Shown here: in pieces, positions 27,101-37,458 of the stretch
Layout of the letters: each line of letters opens with the position of its first letter
How positions within the stretch are numbered: the stretch's first letter is position 1
DNA from: Azolla caroliniana
Lineage: Eukaryota > Plantae > Polypodiophyta
Length of the DNA: 64,000 nt
NCBI GenBank assembly: GCA_043228905.1
Contig: JBHGNT010000010.1
Span: 17,174,001 to 17,238,000 of the forward strand
Reading direction: 5' to 3'
Notes under the pieces: model-generated
The model's input: only the letters and a program-made list of their open reading frames with translations
Databases searched by the model: none
What the model was told of the DNA's origin: nothing
Position numbers and translations under genes: made by a program

Positions 27101-28821
27101 AGCAAAAACTAATTTAGTCCTTATATTTCATACATTGTCCCGAGTTAGGAGTAAATGTCACTTAATCCTCTCTCATAAACCAGTTGAGGTAGTTTGATCA
27201 TATGTATACTTGGGAGTCGCTTTTAGTGCTCGCTCAAGTAAATTTTCGATGACCCATGCAACCAAAGATAGGCTAACAAGAGGGTATGCATCCCTCTCAC
27301 TCTTAGAGAGACAATGCCACCAAGCATACTTTCAAGAGCCATGGACTAAGGGATGGCTCTTCAACTCATTAGTGACCTCGTCCCTCATGTATGCATTAGT
27401 AGTATGGGCTCCAGGTCTACCATCTTTCATGTGGACACAATTAGAGAGACCTTTGGTGACGATGTTATCACGTCAACTCCGAAGCAAATCGATAGTACCA
27501 CATGACATTATTAGAGCAGAGTTCAGTCTGCTCCCGATGTTAGTAGAAGCACTTTTTCAAGTGGTAGTTTTTATTCATCGGATACATAGCCAACCACAAG
27601 ATAGGATATCCCGTCGAGCCTTTGAGGCATCCCGATCCCTACATGCTTCTGGAGACACTAGCTCTTGGTATAGCATTGTGGTGAGTTGGTTACTTGCAAA
27701 CGACATAGACATTAATAACTTACCCCCCCTTAAGTACAACCATGGGACTAATCAAACTCTAATATCTCATGAAGACCGTAATAAAGTGATACGCCAAGAA
27801 ATATGGCAAATTTACACTCGATATAAATGGATCACCCCATGAGAGCCACTCCCATCTAAAATGTTGTACTATAAGGAACACTTCTTGCACTTCTCTCAAT
27901 TAGGTTTTATTACACGACCAATATATCTAGACAAATTCTTATCAAATGCACTAAGGGTGGCCATTGGACAACTTAGGATATCATCTCACCAACTTGAGAT
28001 TAAGAATGGTCGGGCTAATAGGGTCCTGACTCCCTAGAGAGGAAAGGCTATATAGGTTGTGCCACATAGAGATAGAGGATGAGTATCACTCCACATGCAA
28101 GTGCCCAACTTATGTTGAGATACGAGTAGAATACCAAGACATATTAGGACCCTCTCCCACCCTCTCCAAACTATTAGATACCCCAGATGTAAAGAGACTA
28201 GGCAGGTATATCTTAGAGCTAAAACAACATAGGGAGAATAAATTACAAAGTGTTAACCATAACCCTTTTACTATTCATCAACTTGTAACTAGGGTAATTT
28301 TGGGGTAATTTTTCAGGAACAAGGAGAGACGATGAATGTGGACACACTTACGCCACTCAGCCTCTCTCTTGAGGAAGCCGAAACGCAAAGAACAACCAAA
28401 CGCCCTTGGATGTTGGGCTTCAAAACAAGTCGACACGGAGTAGAATGGAGTAAGAAGATAAGGGAACGTGAGCTACATCGACTAGAAGCTATGGTTGGGG
28501 TACCTTTTACATTGGGGCCACGGACCACGTCCACATCAAAACCCTTTGACCTCCCGCTTCTCTTCGAGAGACTTGGATGGAAATGAAATTAGGCTTAGTA
28601 TAACATCATTTTCATTGTAGAACATGTTTGTTATTTTATTTTACTAGCACTATTTAGCTTAAAACTCTATTTTTATTTTTATTTTTTACTTTCAATGAAT
28701 GGGTAAATATCCCATTTTTTGTTGTAAACCATTTGTCTCATGGGCCAATTTTGGCCTTAGAAGTCGTTAATATATCTTTCTTTCTTTCTTTCTTTCTTTA
28801 TCTCTCTCTCTCTCTCTCTCT
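24181..28821 (+). mobile_element. Degenerate non-LTR retrotransposon, APE-RT type, RTE-X-like (clade tentative)
   Basis: ORF1-like coiled-coil fragment 24219-24686; endonuclease motifs WNCNG, GSGGVAILFR, STIDY; RT motifs FVDFRKAFD, GVKQGCPLSPTLF, LLLYAYDIVLL; C-terminal SHQLEIKNGR...CHIEIEDEYHSTCKCP; 3' (TCTT)n(TC)n tail at ~28775-28821. Confidence 0.88.
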
Positions 28822-29556
28822 CATGAGAAGTATATAGGTTGTACATATTAAAACATTGAATTTGACCTTCACTACCTTATATGTTGAGATAATTAGCTCA
28901 ACCAAGAGTGAACATAGAAGTGGTTGGGCCTGTGTGCATCAAAGCCCATCATACCTTGCCGTACGTATGTGGTCACTTTCTTTGTAATGTGCAAAGAGAC
29001 CTATGTCGGTATCCAATGTAGAGGATATTTGTGATAATCTACCAAGTCTCCATTATCACGACGTATGCCTCTCTCTCTCTAGGTATAATAAGTATCAACA
29101 CACACTACATGCCTCTCTCTTTGGGTATAATAAGAGGCGCCATGAAGACGAATATGGTGTTGGTGTGTGCTAAGGTTTTTCCTTCAACCAACCCATAGAG
29201 CATGCCTTCATATAGTATTCCCCCATGACACTTTTAGTCATGACATCTTAGAATGGCATCCATGACACTTTTCACCTTATCCAAGCCCCCTTATTTTTTG
29301 TTGGGGTTGATTAACATCTCATCAAGAGTATTCTTATAATCATTGTAAAATTATTTCATTTATTTGTTAATTTACAAGTTCTTTTCCTTGGTATACTCTC
29401 TCTCTCTCTTTTAGGGTTTCTTCTTATTCAAGTTTACTTTAGCCATTACTTGATCATACGAGGTTCAGTTTTGACAACTTATGGCTTGAATCGAAACTCA
29501 CAACAATATCTATGATATAATTGTTTCAGAGATATACTTGAATCTAATATAAACTC

Positions 29557-31608
29557 TATTGAGAATCAAGCTCAACCTAGTCTAGTGTGTGAACACACCT
29601 TTGAGAATCTATGAGCATGCAAAGGTCAAAAGTCACCATTACTCTCTACACATTAACTATGTGTCATAGAATCATATTCTATGAGACATAACTAATGAGT
29701 CTCCACATTCCCCAAGAGAGAGTGAGCGTTATAGTGAGTTAATGAAGAGAGCAAGTGTTTGTGTCCTCTCTTGTAATGCTACATTTTTGTAATTGATATT
29801 CTCCTTGTTAATATACATCTTCTTGAGTACTTCATTTCTCTCATTTATCTATCTTTTGTTTCTCTCCTCTCCTCTCCTCTTTTCACACACACACATAACA
29901 CACATCTCTTTCGCTTCACAGAATCATATTCAATTCTTTACATGGTAGCAAGCGATTTGGTAGCTCGATCTAACCCATCCGCATGTGTTGTCCTACATCG
30001 ACTTTCAAGAAGAATCGGCTCATCACTATCATAGTGCCACTACATAGCTCATGTTCGAGAGAGAAGGAAAAGACGAAGGAAATCTACATCGACATAATTA
30101 ATACTCAAATGGGGAGCGCTCTCCCTAACAAGAAGTTGGATAGAAACAACTTAAATGCATCTTGGGAGTACAAGATGCCAAGCTTATTGGGGCTACATTG
30201 AAGGAGCACAAGAAAACAAACCCGACCTAAAGGATGTTGACTACTCTACATGGGAGAAAGCGGCAAGCCGAGTGATGTATTGCTTGGCAACATGTGTCCA
30301 TGAACACCTGCTTTCCTACATTCGAGGAGCCAAGATGCCAAAGGAAGCGTGGGAGAATCTAAGGAAGATTTTCGCTGCCAACACAACCACAAGACAACTT
30401 CAACTTCGCCAAGAGTTGAACAACATCCAACAAAAGGACATGTCCATCACAAGCTACACCTTGAAGATCAAGGAGCTTTGTGACTCACTCGGCTCGATAA
30501 GCGTCAACGTGGAGGATGATGAGATGGTGCAAATATCGTCGTCCTAGCAAGGGAGAATCCTCCCTCTTTCTTCGATCTTCAATCAATGTTGTTGGTTGAA
30601 GAAAACCATGTTCGAACAAGGAGCAGTGCCTCGGAAGGCCACATGATCTACTCACACTCAGAAGGAGGAAGAGGAAGTGGTCGAGCAAGAAGAGGCCAAT
30701 TCGGCCAAGGACGAGGTGGATGAGGTCTGACCTATGAAAACAACTCCCAATTTCGGCAAGAAAGCGGAAACAATCGAAGAACACTCGGAATAAGGGGGAG
30801 TTTCCATGCCGGCCCAAACTGACAAAACTCAACCAAATGCGGATATTGCGGCAAAATCGGCCACCACGAAAAAGAGTGCCAAAAGAAGAAGCGTTAGTTG
30901 GCTTCCACAAGCTGACAACTCACCAATTACACCACCAACTCCGACTATGAAGACCATGGTGGAATGTTCATGATGAGACATACAGAAAACTCTATGGTGG
31001 CTTCTACTTCGACTAGTGCCTCAAGTTTAGAAGACTTATGGTTCGTTGACTCCGGTGCTTCGAATAATATGACGTCTCATGCAGAATGGTTTCGAGACTT
31101 ACGATAGCTGGATCAACCCAACTACATAATATGTCGAAACCGGAGACAACACTACTCATTTGATTCAGCATATCGACAATGTCCCATTCGGGAAAAAGGG
31201 CAACCAAATATACATTAAAAATGTCTTGCATGTACCGACCATCACAAAGAATTTGGTCTCAGTTACCCAAATTGTGGAGCAAGGCATGCCAGTTCGATTC
31301 AACCAAGGTGGTTGCTTCATCGAAAAAAAGGGCCGACTCATCGCTCGCGGATGAAGAGAGGGCCGAATGTTCATTCTCAATTCGCATGAGATGAAATCGG
31401 CCAGGTTTGCAAAAGGCACAAAAGCTTACACTGACATAGAGCTCTGGCATAAGAGAATCCGCCATATCAACCTCCAAAAGTTCAATGCAATGCAATCACG
31501 ACATACCTTTGACAAGAAGGTATCCGATGACAATTTTCGTGTCGACATATGCCGCAACAGAATAGAGTGGCCGAACGCAAAAATCGGCACATCCTCGAAG
31601 TAGCACGG
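29557..31608 (+). mobile_element. Truncated Ty1/copia of the same family as 17804-23296
   Basis: 5' LTR 29557-29942 (tattgagaatcaagctcaac...ctttaca), decayed PBS tggtagc, and gag/protease/integrase pieces colinear with the first copy with internal deletions; ends at ...RHILEVAR where another LTR begins. No 3' LTR seen. Confidence 0.9.
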
Positions 31609-32730
31609 TGTCGCGGTAATCCACAATTGCATGTCGGATCTGGGCGGGACCGTCGGGGTCATGGACCAGGAGGGGAGGAGTTTCCGAGAACCCGAATCCT
31701 CCGGAGCTTGCCGCATTGCCGGCCAGTTCGATCCCAAATACTCTCCAGACGCGACCGGTAACCGCACAGGAAATGAGAGAGTGTGCCCTCGTCCTTGCTG
31801 CCCCTTTCGCTCGTGACGCTTGTTGTGACGCCCGTTCCACACAGAGATGAAGAGGGAGCCTGCATCCCAGGGCCGGTCAGGGAGCTCCCAAGCTCGTTCA
31901 TGCGACGGGACCCTCGTGCAGGCACGCCTCTTCCAGAACGACCACCTCCTATGCCAAGCCGCTTCAGGGAGCGCACGGGCTCGCTGAACCGAGTTTGGTC
32001 TTGCGTGCCAAGGAGGGAGGACAGCCAACGAACCACCTAGCACGGGGCTCTTCACAAGAGACAAAATCCAGCACCCACACACAAAAACGTACCGGACCGT
32101 GGAGTACCGAGAAGCAACAAGCAGGAACACATGAAAGTGTAGACAAATGGCACCAAAACCCTAACAGAGAATAGAGACAACACACACACACCAAGATGAA
32201 ACCCTAATAGAGAATAGAGAAAGACGGTGTACACAGAAGTTCATTAACACTAAACGGAACCTCAAATGAGGAACAAAATTGTTTGGGACCCAATGGGTGG
32301 GAACCCTTGTACAAGAAGCGTGCCCTCCCTTTTATAGAACAAGGTGACGGTTGTGTGACTATGTGGGATAAATCCCGTGATACATGGGATCGTCCATCCC
32401 GACTTTATTGCCACTCGGCGTCATAAAGGCGCCCCCATTTCCCTATACAAGTTTTACAAGAGTGGGTGCACATGGCGCACCTTGTCGATTCCCCCAATAT
32501 CTCCTAGTTTCTCACCATATCCCGGAATCTTCACGACATCCACCAAATATGTTGCGATATTCCGCAAGCGTGTGTAGGATCTGAGGCGGGACCACGGGGA
32601 TCTTGGACTAGGGAGTAGAAGAGAAAGAGTAAGACAAGAAATGGAAGCTTAGCTCAAGAGGAGAAGTTGAACGAGCAAATAATGGAGGCAAGATACACAA
32701 ATGGTTTGTATTAAGAAGAACACCACACGC

Positions 32731-33282
32731 TGTCGTGAAGAATTTCGGCCAGAGGCGTAAACCGGGAAAAGCTGGCTACATCGGCGGGGTGCACCATGTG
32801 CACCCACCCTCGTGTAATTGTGTGAATAATAGGAGTTAAGTCGGGACGAAGAATCCCATGTAAATCGAGATTTATCCCACATTGTAATGCATCCCTCTCC
32901 TTGTTCTATAAAAGGAAGGGATGGTCCCTTGTAGAGAGGTTGCCCATTTTGTGTTAGAGGGTATACCGTTAGATTTAGGGTTAGTTCTTCTACTTCTTCT
33001 TCCTCTTCTTCGTGGTGTGGGTGGACTGTCGAGGGTTGTTTCTGCTCGGTCTCCTGTGCAAGACCCCGCTCTGTGTGACGAACCGAGAGCTCCTCGGATG
33101 ACGGCTTGGCTCCATGCGACTGTTGTAATCTACCTTAGCTTGGTCCGGCTCGAAGTCGGGGTTGTATTCTTTCCCTTGTAATACATACATTTGCGTCTAT
33201 CTGTGTATATTCGTGTCTCTGTTGGTGTCGGGTGCTTCCCCTTTTCCTGCGTTTCCTGTGCATAAGGGCGTGAGTTGGGTCG

Positions 33283-33313
<31 letters not shown>

Positions 33314-33469
33314 AGTCGGTGTCAAGCGCGCGCTCCCTCTCTTTCTCCCTCTCTTTCTCTCTCTCGTTCGGTTGCTTCCGGAACGCGTCCAGAATCGTCT
33401 TCCCTCCTTCCCTCGTCCGAGACCCCCGTGGTCCCGCCCTTCTACACACACGCACGTAACAACGCGACA
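32731..33469 (+). mobile_element. Solo LTR of a related family inserted in opposite orientation into LTR-B1
   Basis: TGTCGTGAAG...CGCGACA; 4-bp TSD ACGC (32727-32730, 33470-33473); the empty site caccacacgcattacaa is intact in LTR-B2. Confidence 0.88.
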
Positions 33470-35384
33470 ACGCATTACAACCATGGCCACATAGGCCGCA
33501 CCCAATGACTACAAGAAAACCCTAATTGGATAAGCAAGTAGAGAAGTATAGTAAAACCCTAAAGGAAACCCAAGAAGAAACCCTAACCGAAACCCTAAAA
33601 TCGAATAGGAAACCCTCGACCTAAGTGGTATGCCTATCTCCCTTAAAATAGGTAACCCCTTCATAAGTGACCCCTCCCTTCCTTTTATAGCCCGAAGGAG
33701 GGACCTTACAATGTGGGATAAAATTTCCCCTCTTATTTCTATACACCATTTCCTAGTATACATGTGCACATGTTGCACACCACCAACTTGCCCATTCCAC
33801 CCCGGTTTCACACCGTAGCCGAAAATCTTCACGACATCCACCCCCACCAAACCGCACGTCCACCGGTACGTGCCAAGAAAGGAAAGGGTGAGAGATTTCG
33901 GCGACGGTTATCAACCGGGTTCTTCGCCTTCCCAGCACCCGACCGTCTTGTCGGTCCCTTGCCGGCGCCGATCCGTCTTGCCAGCTCCTTACCGGCCCCA
34001 ACTCGTCGGCTCCATCCGATCTACCACGTCCACCACATGTCCTTGAACCGTCGGCTACATCTGATCCGCCATATCCGACGTTTGCGCCTTCCTTCCCGAT
34101 CGGTCCTCCCAAACGTCGTTGCCAATTCGGTCACCCAGACTTTGTTCATTGTGTATGTTCTCCGATTGGGCCCCCGATCACTCCGATCGCACGTCGGATT
34201 CCACCCTTTTCGTCCCACATATGTCCCTCCTTCGGCTCGATCGTCTCCTCCTCCTGAATACCTCGTGTTGACTCCTTCCATCCCGCACTCACCTTCCATA
34301 GGCTCTTTCCGTGTCTCGTTGTCGTTCCCCGAATGGGTGCTCGATCTTTGGTCCTTAGGTGACTCCATTACGCGCTCCTCCCTTCTCCCTTGCTTGACAT
34401 GCTCTCTCGCGATAGAGCATACCATCATACCGACCTCAATGTCAGTTTCCTTCGCGGCTCTTGTTATCGCTTCGCCTTGACTTGCGCCCTCTTGGCCTCA
34501 CATGTCCTCCGGGACGGTGCACTTTCTTTTCCCAGCGTGTACCCCTTTGTTCTCCGCGCACCATCCTTCTCTCCCGTCGTTCATCCGTCGATCACGACAC
34601 CTTACTGCTCTGTCTCTCGCCGCGTTCTTGCCTCTCAAAGGCTCGACCGGTCCACCGTTGCCGGTCACTCGTTGTCGCTCTTTCGGGTGCATGCTTGCTT
34701 CTTGGCCCTTCGCCGGTCGTAGTGCATGCTCCGTTTTACGCCCTTTCCTCGCCGTAGACTCGACCTCCGCGTCGGCCTCTTCTCCCTTTGTTGTCGTAGC
34801 CCGTTCCGACTCGAGCTTGCCGTCTTGGCCCCGCCTGTCCATTATTTCATACCGGATACCTGCTCCGGTAACCGACTCCTTGCCACCACCGAAGTCTCTG
34901 GAATAGGTGTGGAGGTTCCCGCTTGTTTCCGATCTTTCACCAAACCGTAGTCGTCGTGCCCGGTTGGCCTCCTTCTCGCGCTCGCCGGCTCCCACCGCGT
35001 GTTGGGGCTTGTATGCCTTGACCTCCAATCATGCCGGCTTAGCCCTTGCTCGGTTCGGTCCCGACTGATCATGTTCCGATTTGGTCGGCTTCCTTCCACA
35101 ATCGTAACCGGCCGGTAAGGGTTCGGCCGAACACTTCCAGTCTTGCCGGCTCTTCTTTGGTTCGGGCCCGGTTGACCGGCCCCTGCTTCATTCCTTTCTC
35201 GGCTCGCCGTCAGGTCGGGTCGGTTCCCGACTCTCTCCTTGTTGCTGCTTCGGCCCCCCCTTCGGTCCTTCCGCACGTGCCCGCTCTGGGCCTCGCATCA
35301 CTCCGTTTCGGTCACCCGCCTTGCCACCGCCATCGTCCGTCACTCTAGGTCTCATACTGGCTCTCGGGCCGGATGTTAGAGTCT

Positions 35385-35975
35385 CTAGAACCGGTGCAGG
35401 TAAGATCCGGGACCCCCGCTCGTTATGTCCGTAGCCACCTCCATCCGGACGTCATTGTTCGTGGCTACCCCGTCTCCGATTGCCCCTTCTTCGGCTTCAA
35501 ACTTCGCTTTCACACTCTCACACGCCTCCCATACCAACGCCTCTAGGTCGTACTCCTCCGGTTGATCACGCATCGACTCTCTTCCGGCGGTAGTGTGTAG
35601 CCGCTCACCGCTCCCCATCGAGTTGCCGACATACCCACTCCGGTTTCGCGTATCCATATGCCTCCAATAGAGATCCCTCAAAGGACTCCCACGACGCGTG
35701 AGCTTCTTGAAGCTCCTTGACCTCTTTGTGCACCGATACGGCTGCCACTCGACGAAAATATTCTAGCCACAACGCTTCATCCACGCCCCTCTTCGTCATC
35801 TCGGCATTGTACGCTTCCAAGAACCTCGGGACATCGTCCCCGTTGAATCGGCCAACTCGATCGACCACCCTCCCGACGACTTGTTGAGCCACATCTTGCC
35901 TCGCCTTCTTCCGTCAGGCATCCATCACAACCTTCACCATCATCTCCGCAAAGTCGAAGTCTCCGTCTTCCATCT
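35385..35975 (-). pseudogene. Retrotransposon gag N-terminal remnant
   Basis: Begins just after the PBS; VGRFNGDDVPRFLEAYNAEM...WESFEGSLLEAYG resembles the F-x-G...FL and W..F...L motifs of retrotransposon capsids; has a stop and a frameshift. Confidence 0.55.
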
Positions 35976-35995
35976 CCGTCCTCCCTTGTCGCCTC

Positions 35996-36013
35996 TTCAC
36001 GTCGGGTTCACCA
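35996..36013 (-). other. Primer binding site complementary to tRNA-Trp 3' end
   Basis: + strand ttcacgtcgggttcacca equals the recalled 3' 18 nt of plant cytosolic tRNA-Trp(CCA) including CCA; 4 nt from LTR-B2. Confidence 0.8.
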
Positions 36014-36578
36014 AATATGTCACGATATTCCGCAAGCGCGTGTAGGATCCGAGGCGGGACCACGAGGGTCTTGGACTAGGGAGTAGAAGAGAAAGAGTAA
36101 GACAAGAAATGGAAGCTTAGCTCAAGAGGAGAAGGAATAAAACATTAACATTGAACGAGAAAATGATGGAGGCAAGATACACAAATGGTTTGTATTAAGA
36201 AGAACACCACACGCATTACAACCATGGCCGCATAGGCCACACCCAATGACTACAAGAAAACCCTAACTGGATAAGCAAGTAGAATAGTAAAACCCTAAAG
36301 GAAACCCTAGAAGAAACCCTAACCGAAACCCTAAAATCGAATAGGAAACCCTCGACCTAAGTGGTGTGCCTCTCTCCCTCAAAATAGGCAACCCCTTCAT
36401 AAGTAACCCCTCCCTTCCTTTATAGCCCAAGGAGGGAGGGACCTTACAACGTGGGATAAAATTTTCCCTCTTATTTCTATACACCATTTCCTAGTATACA
36501 TGTGCACATGTTGCACACCACCGACTTGCCCATTCCACCCCGGTTTTACATCGTAGCCGGAAATCTTCACGACAACGG

Positions 36579-36645
36579 TGTCACAGTATTCCACGTGCAC
36601 GTGTTGGCTTGGGTGGGACCACGGGGGTCACGGACTAGGGAGTCG
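36579..36645 (-). mobile_element. Stub of a further related LTR (LTR-C)
   Basis: TGTCACAGTATTCC...gggaccacgggggtcacggactagggagt parallels the LTR-B start TGTCACGATATTCC...gggaccacgagggtcttggactagggagt; the similarity is then lost. Confidence 0.65.
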
Positions 36646-37109
36646 GATGGTGGAGGTCTTAAACTTTGCGAGCTTCGGTCCGTTGGCTTTCCATCTAAAC
36701 CGGCTTCTAGATTCGACGAAGGTAGGGTTCAAGAAAAAGGTTCACCGCGATTAAGGACTCAACTCAAATATGTTAAAATAGAAGACTGAGGGATATGCAC
36801 AAACATATATATATTACAAAAGATTTACAACAAGACGCATACATGCCACGAATCTAGTGGCTATTACAAAACAATTGGTTAATACAACTAGTTACGAATG
36901 GGAACCGGCGAAGACGAGTCAAGTGGGCCGCTGGGATAACGATGTCCACCATTGGTCACGCCCTGAAGACGGTGGAGTGTTCCCGTGCCACTTTGCCCTC
37001 CCTTCTCGAACTGGCCACCATGCGAAACGCTCACCATCGAGGAGAGGAAGCCGAATTATTTAAAAACAATATTATTTTTTTGAATTTAAAAAAAATAAAA
37101 ACAAACTGC

Positions 37110-37232
37110 TAAACCACGGGTTTTAACTTTTGAAACCGAACCGAACCGTTTAAAAAAACCCCGAACCTGCCGAACCGTTTAAATCGTTAAGCTGCGGTTT
37201 CACGGTTCGGCTCGGTTCAAACCGAACCGTTG
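37110..37232. repeat. Cluster of direct and inverted AACCG/CGGTT repeats, probably a DNA-transposon relic
   Basis: aaaccgaaccgaaccg, ccgaaccg and cggttcggctcggttcaaaccgaaccg within ~120 bp upstream of NMD3. Confidence 0.5.
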
Positions 37233-37283
37233 CCAACTGTTAATTGGAAGCATAGTTTTGTAAATTGTCCAATCCCATCCCAC

Positions 37284-37292
37284 AAACCCTAA
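37284..37292 (+). promoter_or_regulatory. Telo-box (AAACCCTAA) upstream of NMD3
   Basis: Exact motif ~170 bp before the ATG; telo-boxes are typical of plant ribosome-biogenesis and translation gene promoters. Confidence 0.55.
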
Positions 37293-37458
37293 AATGATAA
37301 AACACAGCAAAAAGCCCTTCCCCAAATAAACACAGAACAGAAGAAGAAGAAGCAGAAGCAGAAGAAGACGAAGAAGATAGACGGAGACCGACACAGAAAC
37401 AGATAGCGAGACAGGAAGGTAAAGAGAGGAACAGAGAGAGTTTGATTCTAAAGAATCC

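Larger units (their letters stand above)
31609..36574 (-). mobile_element. Composite non-autonomous LTR retroelement (LTR-B2, PBS, gag remnant, PPT, LTR-B1, 11 bp, LTR-A) bounded by ACGG
   Basis: LTR-A 31609-32538; LTR-B1 32550-33836; LTR-B2 36018-36574; all end in aatcttcacgaca on +; ACGG at 31605-31608 and 36575-36578; PPT tccacccccacc after 33836; no recognisable pol. Confidence 0.8.

Noticed and set aside
33753-35348. Many overlapping 100-240 aa ORFs on both strands
   Set aside because: GC-rich, stop-poor retroelement interior with no recognisable motifs; not called as genes.
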